The notes under the pieces are model-generated. The model worked only from the letters and a program-made list of their open reading frames with translations. It made no database searches and had not been told where the DNA came from. Shown here piece by piece: positions 9,119 through 19,884 of a stretch of DNA of 64,000 bases (its first letter is position 1; each line of letters begins with the position of its first letter). The stretch comes from an uncultured Gammaproteobacteria bacterium (lineage in GTDB: Bacteria; Patescibacteriota; Microgenomatia; UBA8517). A program made the translations under genes and the position numbers. Location of the stretch: the NCBI GenBank assembly GCA_964366085.1, contig CAYISM010000001.1, positions 17,211 through 81,210 of the forward strand, in the 5' to 3' direction.

Positions 9119-11610
9119 TTTGTTACCAAAGTATATCTTCCTTCTTTAGCTTTGCCAAGAGCGGAGAGTAGCAGACAAACGGATATAAGAGAAAGTAGCG
9201 AAACTATACTAATTTTCAACCCTTTATAAAAAGACTCGGGCTTGTAGGTGAAGAAAATTTCATACACACCTGCTCTAATTGGAACTGCTCTGAAGGCAAA
9301 ATCTGCTCGGTAGATTTTCGTTTCAACACACCCATCAACCCCACTTCGTCCTTCGGACTTCGAGGGGCAAGCATACGCCTTCCACCCTGGATAAAATGTG
9401 TCCGAAACAAAAAGTATTCCATCCTGGCTGCTTTCTGTTTTAATAACACTTTCATTCTCCGAATACTTCCGGTACTCAACTTTTGATACATTTGGCATTC
9501 TTACTACCTTTTCACCATCTAAATTTTCTTCAAGTATTACCTTTTTCCCCAGAGGAAATTCTGGGTCTAATAATTTGTCTATTATCCTATTTTCATCTTT
9601 CTCAATCTCCCAGTCATAAACAATAAATGCCCTGGGCAAAACATTTTTATTTTCTAAAATTGCGACTGATTTATCTTCAAATACCTTTTTAAAACGAACA
9701 TTTTGGAATTCCTCGGGAATTTCCCCGACCTGACTAGGGTTACCCCTATTATCCCTCTTTAATGTTAAGAAATATTTTGTGTTTACTAAATTCATAAGCG
9801 GAGAATAAACATTATCGATAGTTCCATATCTTCCGACTGGATCTGTTCCACTTCTTTGGCTATTGATCGCTGCGATCAACTTTGAAATCCTTAAGGGGTA
9901 AACCGCATCATATCCTTCCAAGGAATCAAGTCCATAGTTCATTCTCATATTAATGGGGATAACCCGAGAACCGGTAATTCTTACTGGTTTTTCTTGGGAT
10001 ATCAAAAAATCAAGAACCGGAGTTTTCGGAAAAACTATATTTCTTGGAGAGAAAGGAGTAAATTTCCAGCCAAACTTAAAAAGCTCGACAATGGCAACGC
10101 CAAAAAGTACTACGAAAAAAATCTTTCTAGAATTTTCTTTTGATTTCCGGGACAGGAAAAAAAATATAGTAACAAGTGTAAATGCACATAAAGGTATCAC
10201 CATGTTTCTTAAGGCAACTGTAAATTTCGGAATACCTCCTTCTGTTAAAATGCCAAGAAAATTAGGATTTATCCTTCCCAGATAAAAATAAACTAAGGAA
10301 TAAATTCCAAAACTGAGTAGAATGATCCCGGAGGGAATAAGCGACTTTAGTCTTATCTTTCCTTTCAAAAAGAGATCCACTCCAAAACCGGCAAGAATAG
10401 CGATCGATAAATTAAATAGTACTAGAGATCTATGGGCGCTTGCTGCGTTAAGCCCAAAAATTCCACTTTTCCAAAGAAAAACCGAGACGGGCGTGGGGAA
10501 GGCGAAAATGAGGCTTACGACAAGTAAGATAAATCCATAAAGAACTTCTCTCTTCTTTTTAACAATAATATATGTGGCCGAGGCGAGACCGAAAGCAACG
10601 ACGCCAACAAAGCCGGTATTGGAAGTATAATCTTGGGGTCCCCAATAATTTTTAGTTGAATGGTTACCAAAAAAATCAGCGGCCAAAAAGGTAATTGTCT
10701 TTGTCCAAGGCAAAAAAGCCCATTCAAATGGATGTGGTTCAACCGTTCTTTGAGATAGGGAAAGTAACTCCGCTCCCGGTAAAATCTGAAAAGCGGCTAA
10801 ACCCAAACCCAAGGTGAAAAATATTCCCAAAAAGGCAGTTTTGTAAATCCAATCCTTCCTTCTCCAAATCCTCACAATCCATAAAATAAAAACTGCCAAA
10901 AGTAAATAAAGAGCAACTTGTGGATATCCCGAAAGGAAAAGTAGTCCCAAAGAAATCGTCATCCCTATGCCACCTAAAATCTTTCCTTCCAAAAGCCATA
11001 TGTCAACAAAAAGAATAATCAGAGGAATAAAAGCAGCCGCTAGAGTATGTCCATTCCACTGGGACCAGATCAGATTAAATCCTGAAAAAGCAAAAACTAC
11101 CCCTCCGAAAATTGCTCCTTTTTTCGAAACTTTCCAATATCTCAGTAAAAAATATGTAAAAGTGGCCGCTAAAAAGTGCTGTAAAATTATTTGAAAACTC
11201 CAGGCGCTTAATTTGTCAAAAATAAAATACACGAAATTTGTCGGAGAAAAAGGAGCCGACTGAAAATTTGCGAGGAGTGGTGTCCCGGCCAGAATGTAGG
11301 AATTCCAAAGAGGAAGCTTTCCACCTTTAAGAAGATCAATTGCTAACATCTGCATTGGATATGTAAAAGAGACAACGTCTGTAGTTAAGGGATTTTTTAC
11401 AGGAACTCCCACGGAATAGCCCCACTTATAATCAAGCCAAGGAAAATAAACTCCAACGACAAAATCTCCGGGTATAGGAACCTGTTTAAGCAGAAAAACT
11501 TTCCAGAAGAAAAGAAAAACAATTCCAACAATTATTAAGTAAGGGAGGAGAAAATTATATGATTTCCAAGATTTCTCTTTCAAATCTCTCATACGAGAAG
11601 TTTTGAGCAT
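9115..11610 (-). CDS. YfhO-family large membrane protein (GT-C-like glycosyltransferase)
   Basis: 831 aa. The N-terminal segment PGDFVVGVYFPWLDY...LPLWNSYILAGTPLLANFQSAPFSP resembles the YfhO family. Many TMs with a C-terminal extracytoplasmic domain and a final TM. Confidence 0.55.
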   Translation of the reverse strand: MLKTSRMRDLKEKSWKSYNFLLPYLIIVGIVFLFFWKVFLLKQVPIPGDFVVGVYFPWLDYKWGYSVGVPVKNPLTTDVVSFTYPMQMLAIDLLKGGKLPLWNSYILAGTPLLANFQSAPFSPTNFVYFIFDKLSAWSFQIILQHFLAATFTYFLLRYWKVSKKGAIFGGVVFAFSGFNLIWSQWNGHTLAAAFIPLIILFVDIWLLEGKILGGIGMTISLGLLFLSGYPQVALYLLLAVFILWIVRIWRRKDWIYKTAFLGIFFTLGLGLAAFQILPGAELLSLSQRTVEPHPFEWAFLPWTKTITFLAADFFGNHSTKNYWGPQDYTSNTGFVGVVAFGLASATYIIVKKKREVLYGFILLVVSLIFAFPTPVSVFLWKSGIFGLNAASAHRSLVLFNLSIAILAGFGVDLFLKGKIRLKSLIPSGIILLSFGIYSLVYFYLGRINPNFLGILTEGGIPKFTVALRNMVIPLCAFTLVTIFFFLSRKSKENSRKIFFVVLFGVAIVELFKFGWKFTPFSPRNIVFPKTPVLDFLISQEKPVRITGSRVIPINMRMNYGLDSLEGYDAVYPLRISKLIAAINSQRSGTDPVGRYGTIDNVYSPLMNLVNTKYFLTLKRDNRGNPSQVGEIPEEFQNVRFKKVFEDKSVAILENKNVLPRAFIVYDWEIEKDENRIIDKLLDPEFPLGKKVILEENLDGEKVVRMPNVSKVEYRKYSENESVIKTESSQDGILFVSDTFYPGWKAYACPSKSEGRSGVDGCVETKIYRADFAFRAVPIRAGVYEIFFTYKPESFYKGLKISIVSLLSLISVCLLLSALGKAKEGRYTLVTK

Positions 11611-12580
11611 CCTTTCTTGCTTGAGACAAAATTTTTCTGTATAAGGAGTTATCTTTAATAAGCTTTTTGGTCTTGGAAACTAGTTGTGATGTTGAAGACC
11701 AAAGATACCCGTTTATAGAATTTTTGATTATCTCCTTATGGCCACCGGCCGCATACGCAAAGACAGCTGCGCGAGCGGACATTCCCTCCACAACTGATAT
11801 ACCGAAATGTTCAACCTTGCCGGGTTCTTTATTTTCATTTATCTTATACCCTGCCGCCGACCAGAATATTTTCGCCTTGGAATATAGCTCTTTGATTTCT
11901 TTAAAAGATGGGCTTTCTAATATTTTTACAGGATAATATTTAGCTCTATTTTTAAGCTTATCAACAAAAGACGTTCTGCCGACTTCACTGCCTCCCGCTA
12001 AAATCAAGTTCCAATCCTTAAAACCGGAATCATATAGCCTTTTGAATGCAGATAGTAGTACATCTTGTCTTTTTGACTGTTCCAGTTGAGAGAATCGACC
12101 AACATATAAAATAATATTTTCTTTTTTACCTGACTTAAATTTAGAAATATCAACTGGCGGATATAAAACTACACTATCGATTGGATATTCTTTATCAACC
12201 CAACTCTTGGTAAACCTGGAATTAACAATTACTTTATTAATTCTAAAAAACTTCATTCTATTGATAAGACTCTTGCCGTCAACTTTATAAAATGGTCTTT
12301 GAAAATGAAGAATATTTCTCCTGGCAAAAAGAGTTGGAATGCTTCCATCCGAAAGCCAAAAACATAGATCATAACCGTCTCCCCTTTTAATACTGTTTAT
12401 AACTTCTATTCCCTGAAGCTTCAAGCCGAATTTGTCTTCCAGTTTAGATACTACTTCTTTATCTGCCGATTCTAAATCAACACTCCAATTGTGGTCTAAC
12501 AAAACTTTGGCAACAGACATAATATATCTTTCACCACCACCCAACGTCTCTAAGTAAGGACTATATATTGCTGCTTTCAT
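11555..12580 (-). CDS. GT4 family glycosyltransferase
   Basis: C-terminal EHFGISVVEGMSARAAVFAYAAGGHKEII motif (GT-B, glycosyl transferase group 1). Probable start at the internal Met (MKAAIYSPY). Confidence 0.8.
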   Translation of the reverse strand: MKAAIYSPYLETLGGGERYIMSVAKVLLDHNWSVDLESADKEVVSKLEDKFGLKLQGIEVINSIKRGDGYDLCFWLSDGSIPTLFARRNILHFQRPFYKVDGKSLINRMKFFRINKVIVNSRFTKSWVDKEYPIDSVVLYPPVDISKFKSGKKENIILYVGRFSQLEQSKRQDVLLSAFKRLYDSGFKDWNLILAGGSEVGRTSFVDKLKNRAKYYPVKILESPSFKEIKELYSKAKIFWSAAGYKINENKEPGKVEHFGISVVEGMSARAAVFAYAAGGHKEIIKNSINGYLWSSTSQLVSKTKKLIKDNSLYRKILSQARKDAQNFSYERFEREILEII

Positions 12581-13338
12581 GAATTCCGATTTTTCAATTG
12601 CATTTCCCAAAGTTTTGCGTAAGTCACCATTCTACTAAATATTTGGTAAATTATTTCTATAACTCCTACTGTTCCATCTCTAAATCCCATCTCTAATATG
12701 CCCCTCTTCCAAAATTCTCTCATCGCAACACTAAAAAAACGCCACCATGTCATTTGTGGGTGTCCGGCCTGTAATAACAACTTCGCTTCAATTTCTGACC
12801 ACTCATTAGTTTTGTCTACCATTTCTGTCAACGACCTGTGAGTTATATGAACAAAAGGCTCTTTAAGCTTTCCTATTTCACCCTTAATTTCTGGCTGTTC
12901 GTGCAAATCACCGTGCCATTTTGCCAGCGCCTCTTTTTTAATTAGTCTTAAGACATAATCCGGCCACCAGTCACCATATTTCATCTCATGTCCTAAAAGT
13001 ATATTTCTGCGGGGAATCGCATAAGCAGAGTATTTTTCCTCTTTTCCTATCTTTGAAAGAATTTCTTTTCTTAGAAGAGGAGTGACTCTTTCATCAACGT
13101 CTATATATAAAACCCAAGGACAGTTTGCTTTTTTTGCACCAAAGTTTCTCCAATCGGAAAAAGTTCCCCCTTGGGGGTATTTATATACTTTTGCATCTTT
13201 CTCTTTTGCTATTTTTACAGTGTTGTCGTCTGTCGCGTGATCTACTACAACTATCTCATCTACCCAAGAAACAGAATCAATACATTCTCCAATTAATTCC
13301 TCAGAGTTGATTGCGATAATAATTGCGCTAATTTTCAT
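12577..13338 (-). CDS. GT2 family glycosyltransferase
   Basis: ISAIIIAINSEELI...IVVVDHATDDNT, GT-A fold; paralog of 14256-15179. Confidence 0.8.
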   Translation of the reverse strand: MKISAIIIAINSEELIGECIDSVSWVDEIVVVDHATDDNTVKIAKEKDAKVYKYPQGGTFSDWRNFGAKKANCPWVLYIDVDERVTPLLRKEILSKIGKEEKYSAYAIPRRNILLGHEMKYGDWWPDYVLRLIKKEALAKWHGDLHEQPEIKGEIGKLKEPFVHITHRSLTEMVDKTNEWSEIEAKLLLQAGHPQMTWWRFFSVAMREFWKRGILEMGFRDGTVGVIEIIYQIFSRMVTYAKLWEMQLKNRNS

Positions 13339-13341
13339 TGT

Positions 13342-14259
13342 TTACCCACCTCTGGTGGGCCAGCTTCCTTTTCCAAAGTTACACAAATAAAAATCTATAA
13401 CTCCAATTTTCTGCCATTTTCTCCCATTGAGTAATAATTTTACACTTTCTTTAATTAGAGCAAATTTTGTATGCATTGGTGCGTATTTAATACCAAAAAG
13501 CAAGCGGTTCCTAGTTGTGTAGTAATCGTTTAATTCGCTTCCAATCGCTGAACTTTGGCTTACCTTATGCCAAAGAGTTGCTTTTGGAACAAACCATACT
13601 TTGTAACCGGTTTTTTTGGCCCTCAAAGATAAATCAACGTCTTCAAGATATAAATAATACCTTTCATCAAAAAATTCTACCTTCTTAAACATTTCGCTTC
13701 TTATAAACATGCAAGCTCCTGTGGCAAAATCGATCTCCTTAACTTTGTTAAATTGTCCACGATCAATTTCATCGACGCCATGATTTGATCCATATACATT
13801 TTTCCAGTCCATATCTCCTCCTGCATACCAAATAACTTTTCCTATTTCACTTTTTTTATATCTGTTTTTATGGAACTCAAACCCACGCGCAAAATACATC
13901 TTTGGAGAAAAAATCCCTCCATCAAGATCCTTCTCTGCCGCCTCAACTAATCGAACAACTAAGTTTTCGTGAGCTATTGTGTCGTTGTTTATAATCAAAA
14001 CGTAATCAGCGCCTTTGTCTAAAGCGTATCTTATCCCAATATTATTTCCTCCGGCATAACCTAAATTCCTTTTATTTTCGATTAGAGTAACACCCGATAA
14101 TCTTTCAAGTTTCTCAATCTCGTCGGGCTTCGAGCCGTTATCCACAATAACTATGTTTAGTTGAGAATCTTCAAGCCTCATCTTTTTAAGGAATTTCACA
14201 CAGCCTATGGTGTCATCCGCTCCATTCCAATTAAGAACCACAGCGAAGATTTTAATCAT
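13342..14259 (-). CDS. GT2 family glycosyltransferase (rhamnosyltransferase-like)
   Basis: FAVVLNWNGADDTIGC...IVIVDNGS, GT-A fold. Confidence 0.8.
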   Translation of the reverse strand: MIKIFAVVLNWNGADDTIGCVKFLKKMRLEDSQLNIVIVDNGSKPDEIEKLERLSGVTLIENKRNLGYAGGNNIGIRYALDKGADYVLIINNDTIAHENLVVRLVEAAEKDLDGGIFSPKMYFARGFEFHKNRYKKSEIGKVIWYAGGDMDWKNVYGSNHGVDEIDRGQFNKVKEIDFATGACMFIRSEMFKKVEFFDERYYLYLEDVDLSLRAKKTGYKVWFVPKATLWHKVSQSSAIGSELNDYYTTRNRLLFGIKYAPMHTKFALIKESVKLLLNGRKWQKIGVIDFYLCNFGKGSWPTRGG

Positions 14260-15179
14260 GGAAGTTTAAATTTCCTCTTAATTCTTGCCTTAATACCACC
14301 GCCATTTTTGAGCTCGGTGTCTGCTTCCCAATAATGAAAGTCCGATTCTGATTTTTTCAATCTATCTATAATTTCCAATACATTCAAATCTTCTTCCTCA
14401 AAATCGGCTAATTGCCAAATCTTAAGATACAAAACCAATTCAGAAAACGCCTGGAGTAAGGACAATGCTAAACCATGTAATCCGTCTTTGTATCCTTCAC
14501 CAAAAAAGTATCTACTCAAGAATTCGTCTGTCGGTTTTTTAATCAAATCAACCCAAGAAAACTTATATCCTTTCTCTATAATTATTTTGGCGTGCTCTGA
14601 GGTATATCTATTAAGACGGTCTATATATTGTTCCAAAGAATCGTAATGAAAATGAACTATCGACAACTCTTCTTCGGAGGGCAAATCTTTGCCCTTTCCC
14701 TGTGTCATTGGAACAGAGTGTATAACTTCATTCCAAATAACAAATCCTTTTTGGAAAAAACGAATATTGTAATCAGGCCACCAGCGAGAGTGTTTCATCC
14801 ACTTTTTGAAAATAATGTTTTTCCTAGGAATTCGATAATAGTCGGCATCACTCTTCTTTACCAGTTCTTTTATTTTTTTTGCAAGAGTCATCGGAACTTC
14901 CTCATCAGCATCAAGAATGAAAATCCATTCTCCTGTCGCCTTAGAAATGGCAAAATTCCGAGCTGGTTCAACATATCCAACTCTTTTGTATTCATAAACT
15001 TTGGCTCCAAACTTTTTAGCAATATCTCTCGTTTTATCACTTGACATCATATCAACCACAACAATTTCATCTGAAAAATCCCTGACAGAAACGATAGCCC
15101 TTTGAAGATTTTTTTCTTCGTTTAAAGTATTTATTACGGTTGAAATCTTACTCACAATCTTAATTTTACCACCTACCAA
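14256..15179 (-). CDS. GT2 family glycosyltransferase
   Basis: ISTVINTLNEEKNL...IVVVDMMSSDKT; similar to 12577-13338. Confidence 0.8.
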   Translation of the reverse strand: MVGGKIKIVSKISTVINTLNEEKNLQRAIVSVRDFSDEIVVVDMMSSDKTRDIAKKFGAKVYEYKRVGYVEPARNFAISKATGEWIFILDADEEVPMTLAKKIKELVKKSDADYYRIPRKNIIFKKWMKHSRWWPDYNIRFFQKGFVIWNEVIHSVPMTQGKGKDLPSEEELSIVHFHYDSLEQYIDRLNRYTSEHAKIIIEKGYKFSWVDLIKKPTDEFLSRYFFGEGYKDGLHGLALSLLQAFSELVLYLKIWQLADFEEEDLNVLEIIDRLKKSESDFHYWEADTELKNGGGIKARIKRKFKLP

Positions 15180-15201
15180 TCATTTATTCCTAAAGTTTAA
15201 G

Positions 15202-16965
15202 TCAAATTACTTTATATAGGTCAACATTACTATTTTCGAAGATCTTCTCAACTCCAAGCTGGGTCTCACCCAATTTGGCTCTTTGTCCTTTTAACCAATA
15301 GATATAAGTAATGTTGTTATTTTTAAGAAACGCTCTTGCCTCTGTTTGATCTAAACTATTTAAGAATGATTCTACAGCCTTCTTGCGATCTTTCCACTCA
15401 TATTGGGTAATATCCAAATTTACTTCATCCTCTAAAAAAGTAGGCTTGTTTGAAAAAGCTGAAACGTAAGCTGTTGACTCATAGAGATACAAAGGCCTTG
15501 GAGGATTTGGTTCGGCCTCTTTTGCTTTTATTCGATCGAAAGGATGGGTAAGAATAGTACCATTGGGTTGTTTTGAAAGAAAGTTAAGCGCTGAAAGTTC
15601 CTCTTTTGAAATCATCGCCGGTGGTCTGGATGGCAGATAGTGTGGAAGGGTTCCGATAGTCGTTGGAATAGTAAGTAGAACAATTCCCACTTCAATACTA
15701 TATAGTATTGAAGTTTTTAGCCTCGATTCTCGCAAAAATTCGCCGATTGCGACTCCGGCTAAGATCCCAGAAAAGAAAAGAGAGTAATAAAAAAATTGGA
15801 TTGTGTTCCAGGAAGTGCCTTTCTGTAAAAAAAACATTGGTATTAAAGTTCCAGCAGCGATCATTGAGAAAATAAATACATCAATGAAAGAGAGATCTGA
15901 AAATTTTCTCTTCCCGGCACCACTCACTAGCCACCAACCACTAGATACCAAGCGAGTTCCCATATTGCCTACCCAAAATATTGCAAAGGCAATTAAGTAA
16001 GTTGGCACTGCTTTAATCCACATACCTCCCATGCGGTATGTGGTCATTGCCGAAAAGTATCTTATCCATCCGATCCTATCCGTCAGACCCATCATTGTTT
16101 CCAAAAACCAAAAAGGTTGAAAAATGATTAAACTTTGTGCGCCCCTGTTAAAGAAGAGAAATAAAACCAACGATACTGCGACCGATCCAATAAGTACCTT
16201 CACTACACTACTACGTAGTGGTGTAGTGAACAAAAGGGTCCATATTGTAGCTACAAATAAACCAAGAAGTACTAAAATCCCAGCATAAGCTTTTACCTCA
16301 ATTAATATCCCAAAGAAAAACGTAGCAAGTACTAAATAGTATGTAGTATGAGATTTAATATATTTTAAAAGGAAGATTAACCCCAAAAGAATAAATATTA
16401 AAGAAAGTGCAAATGGCGGATTAATTAATGTAGAGATTGCTTGTTGCGACCAAAACATCGACTCCCCACTCAAATTTCCGTTTCTTAAGAGATTTACTAT
16501 CCAACCAAAACTACCTCCAAAATAAGTAAAAAAAACGGCCCAAAAGGCTTGAACCTTGGATTTCCTCCATATAAAGACAAATTTATAGGTTAGTATTCCT
16601 ATAAGAAGAGCCAGAATTGGTGGAATTATTTGAAAATACAATAAGTTAATTGGCAAATTTGTTAATTTGTTAATTAGTGCAAGTAGTAAATCGAAAACGA
16701 TGTGGTAATTCTTCAGCCCCTCACCGGCAAAGGTAGGCATTTCAAAACTTCCACGAGCAAGGCTTTGCGCCAAAGCAATATGCCAAACACCGTCGTGACC
16801 ATTAGGTCCCCAAAATCCCATCCCGTAAGGATAAATTATGCCGCTTTTGACCATGGTAACTGACCATGTCAGTACTCCAAAAAGCAAGAGAATTATTAAC
16901 TTTTTATTTAGAGAAAATCGCTGAAATGCCTTTTTTAACATCCGTAAATAATGAAAGCCCAACAA
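15202..16965 (-). CDS. Polytopic membrane protein with a C-terminal extracytoplasmic domain; probable GT-C glycosyltransferase or polymerase
   Basis: 587 aa, more than 10 TMs. No confidently recognised family. It sits next to the Wzx flippase. Confidence 0.4.
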   Translation of the reverse strand: MLGFHYLRMLKKAFQRFSLNKKLIILLLFGVLTWSVTMVKSGIIYPYGMGFWGPNGHDGVWHIALAQSLARGSFEMPTFAGEGLKNYHIVFDLLLALINKLTNLPINLLYFQIIPPILALLIGILTYKFVFIWRKSKVQAFWAVFFTYFGGSFGWIVNLLRNGNLSGESMFWSQQAISTLINPPFALSLIFILLGLIFLLKYIKSHTTYYLVLATFFFGILIEVKAYAGILVLLGLFVATIWTLLFTTPLRSSVVKVLIGSVAVSLVLFLFFNRGAQSLIIFQPFWFLETMMGLTDRIGWIRYFSAMTTYRMGGMWIKAVPTYLIAFAIFWVGNMGTRLVSSGWWLVSGAGKRKFSDLSFIDVFIFSMIAAGTLIPMFFLQKGTSWNTIQFFYYSLFFSGILAGVAIGEFLRESRLKTSILYSIEVGIVLLTIPTTIGTLPHYLPSRPPAMISKEELSALNFLSKQPNGTILTHPFDRIKAKEAEPNPPRPLYLYESTAYVSAFSNKPTFLEDEVNLDITQYEWKDRKKAVESFLNSLDQTEARAFLKNNNITYIYWLKGQRAKLGETQLGVEKIFENSNVDLYKVI

Positions 16966-18400
16966 GAACTAAGACTGCTAAGAAATAAACAACTGCCCCG
17001 ACTAAAATCATTATCCAAAGGGAATAAGTCGTAACCGGTAAGAACATTCTCAACATAAGAAGGGTAATACCCATGAACATCGCCGCAAGAGCTGTCTTGC
17101 CTGCAGACTCAAAGAAAGAAAAATCTACATATTTCTTGGCAACAACGATTGCCACAATCGAACTTGATCCGACCAGTGCGTACCCGATCGAGGCCCCAAT
17201 TACACCGAATTTAAAAGACAGAAAAGGAATTAAAACCAGTGTAAGGACTGTCCACATGATCATAAGCTTGAATGTTACTTTTATTTTGCCTATGGCGTTT
17301 AGTACATTTGTTAACTGCGTCGTTACCGATGCGAATATCGTATCAATGGAAACTATAGCTAAGGGAATGAGTGCCGGAGTCCATTTGTAATATTTAGGTA
17401 TTACACTAATCAGGACAGGAGAGAGAATTGTAAGACCGACAACCGACGGGAAAACCAGGAATGTAATGAAAAAGATTGATCTTGTAACGATTCTTTTTAA
17501 GTGATCCTGACTATCTTGCATTCTGGAAAATGCCGGAAATGTGACTTTTGTGACATTGTCCATAAAAAATCTCAGAGGGTACTGGGAAAGTCTTCTAGCG
17601 GTACCCAAAATTCCCACCCCAAATGGTCCCAGAATGGTCCCTAAGGCGATAGTCATTCCATCATCCTTCAAAACGGCTAAGAAAGTATTAAGCTGGTACG
17701 GAAGCCCAAATCTTAACAGCTCACGAAGTGAAGACCTGGAAAAATGCAATCCCGGTTTCCAGGGCTTAAGAATATAAATAGCCACAAGACCGATAATCCC
17801 TCTAATCAAAACCGCATATGTAAAACTAGTTATGCCGAACCCACGCCACGCAAAAAATACAACCGCTATATTATAAAAAAACGTTTCCAATACTTGAGGT
17901 AAAACAAACTTCCCGAATTCCAGTTTTCTCTCAAGTAGTACCGATGGAATACTCTTTAGAGAAGACATAAAAAACGAGATTCCTAAAGCGTAAAGAAGTA
18001 TCTGTCCTTCTTGAGTCAGGGAATTTACTTTTGCAAGAATCGGACTAACGATAAATAGAATCAGAAGCAAAAATAAAACTAATGCTTGCTGAACCGTAAA
18101 AGTTGTTTTCAGGTCCTCGTCACTCGGCTCTTCTTTCTTTTGAATAAGCGCCGCGGCAAGACCTATATCACTAAAGTAACTCAAAAAATTTATGATTGCC
18201 GATACTATCCAAAATATCCCAAACTCTTCCGGCGACAAGTATGCCCAAAGAAATCCCTGTGCGACAAGTGTAACCACATTGAGGACTAAAGTACGGCCGG
18301 TAAGGGCAAGTACTCCCCTGACGGAGCGACTCTTAACTGTTTCCAGGGCAATCTCGTTGGTTGGATCTAAATGTTCTTCTTCTTGCTCCACGCTTATCAT
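16904..18400 (-). CDS. wzx: Wzx-type oligosaccharide flippase (MOP/PST family)
   Basis: 498 aa, about 12-14 TMs. The N-terminal segment (RGVLALTGRTLVLNVVTLVAQGFLWAYLSPEEFGIFWIVSAIINFLSYFSDIGLAAALIQKKE) is typical of polysaccharide biosynthesis flippases. Confidence 0.75.
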   Translation of the reverse strand: MISVEQEEEHLDPTNEIALETVKSRSVRGVLALTGRTLVLNVVTLVAQGFLWAYLSPEEFGIFWIVSAIINFLSYFSDIGLAAALIQKKEEPSDEDLKTTFTVQQALVLFLLLILFIVSPILAKVNSLTQEGQILLYALGISFFMSSLKSIPSVLLERKLEFGKFVLPQVLETFFYNIAVVFFAWRGFGITSFTYAVLIRGIIGLVAIYILKPWKPGLHFSRSSLRELLRFGLPYQLNTFLAVLKDDGMTIALGTILGPFGVGILGTARRLSQYPLRFFMDNVTKVTFPAFSRMQDSQDHLKRIVTRSIFFITFLVFPSVVGLTILSPVLISVIPKYYKWTPALIPLAIVSIDTIFASVTTQLTNVLNAIGKIKVTFKLMIMWTVLTLVLIPFLSFKFGVIGASIGYALVGSSSIVAIVVAKKYVDFSFFESAGKTALAAMFMGITLLMLRMFLPVTTYSLWIMILVGAVVYFLAVLVLVGLSLFTDVKKGISAIFSK

Positions 18401-18411
18401 TTTAGCAAAAA

Positions 18412-19878
18412 TTATTGGATTTCGGCGGTTAACACGAATAATTCATCTTTAGAAACTTTCTGAGGCGTACCATTCACATCTTCAAAATAAACTTTCAGGG
18501 TCTTATCTTTGTAAAGTAGTTGCAAAGCATCATCGTTCGAAAGTGCATAATAAGCTTGCTTTGAAGTACCTCCCCACTCATCAGAGATGAAAGGATAGCT
18601 CGGATCATTTACAAAATAGATAACTGCTCCCCTGGGCAATATCGGATACTTACTTTTTATTTCATTAATTAATTTTTTTGCGATCCTTCCTCTTGAGACT
18701 GCCCAAAATGTTTTTTCTCCCAGATTAATCGAGAATGTTGAAAGTGTAACCAAAGAAATTGTCAGTACCCAAAACAAAATTCTTGATTTCTCCTTGATTT
18801 TAAAAGCAATATACCCAACAACTGCCCAAAATGCCGGTAAGGACACTGCCAGATAATAAGTCGATTTATGAAGGGGTAAAAAAATAACCGGCGCTATAGC
18901 AAGCGGAAACCAAAGGATAAAATACCAAAACTTACTGTTTCTCAAAAGGTCTTTGTTTTTAAGTAAAGATATCGTCCCGAAAAGCAAAATGCCAAAAGAA
19001 ACAGCAAATGATGAAAATATCACTTTGAAATAACTTCCAAAATATTTCATTAAGTCAGGGTTTAACTTAAATCCCGGGGAAACGAAATCTATGAGCATTT
19101 CGGGAAGTCCTAGTGCCCAACCTAAGTACCAACCCAAAGAATTAATAACGTTTTTAATTCCCAAGATCGGTCTGTATTGAATTTCATCTTTTGAGAAACC
19201 TATTACTCTAAAATCAAAATAAAGATAAATAACCGTGAAGATAATAGGTATGTAAATTTCTTTTATGGTTCTTTTTAAAAATCCCTTAAAATTTTTCTCC
19301 TTCAAATAAATTAGTCCGGTAATAAGAGGAAGCCCTACAACTCCCAATTCATGAGAAGCAAGGCCTAAGAGAAAAGTTACAAAAGATGTAATTTTCAGCT
19401 TCGTATTTTTTTTCTCGAGATATTTATGGAAAAAAATAATAGATAATAAAATAAACATTGTTGCCCCCATTGCTTGGATTCCTCCGGCTAAATAATAAAA
19501 AGCGGCGACATTGGCAGCGGTTATCCCAAAAAAGAAGCTCGAGAAAAGTGCTACCTTTCTATCTTTAAATATGTTTTTTATTAAAACATAGACGAGGTAT
19601 GTATTAAGAAAATGTATTAAAAATTGAAGAATTCTAAGCGGTGAGGAGTTTAGTCCAAAAATAGAGTAAGAGATATGATATAAGATTTCTCTAAAAATCG
19701 GCCTATAAAATGCAACGGCTCTTTCACTAAAAGGATAAAATCCGAAAAGCTTTAAAAAACCCAGTAATGTTCCGTCTGTTTGAGAAACTTGGAAGTGAAA
19801 AAAATCATCTCCTGAGAAATAAGTGCCTAAAACATTACGGTAAAGAATAAACTCAACGACAAAAATAAGTAGAAACAT
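18412..19878 (-). CDS. Polytopic membrane protein, probable GT-C-type glycosyltransferase
   Basis: 488 aa and many TMs, with an N-terminal FSGDDFFHF acidic motif in the first loop. Confidence 0.4.
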   Translation of the reverse strand: MFLLIFVVEFILYRNVLGTYFSGDDFFHFQVSQTDGTLLGFLKLFGFYPFSERAVAFYRPIFREILYHISYSIFGLNSSPLRILQFLIHFLNTYLVYVLIKNIFKDRKVALFSSFFFGITAANVAAFYYLAGGIQAMGATMFILLSIIFFHKYLEKKNTKLKITSFVTFLLGLASHELGVVGLPLITGLIYLKEKNFKGFLKRTIKEIYIPIIFTVIYLYFDFRVIGFSKDEIQYRPILGIKNVINSLGWYLGWALGLPEMLIDFVSPGFKLNPDLMKYFGSYFKVIFSSFAVSFGILLFGTISLLKNKDLLRNSKFWYFILWFPLAIAPVIFLPLHKSTYYLAVSLPAFWAVVGYIAFKIKEKSRILFWVLTISLVTLSTFSINLGEKTFWAVSRGRIAKKLINEIKSKYPILPRGAVIYFVNDPSYPFISDEWGGTSKQAYYALSNDDALQLLYKDKTLKVYFEDVNGTPQKVSKDELFVLTAEIQ

Positions 19879-19884
19879 ACCCGC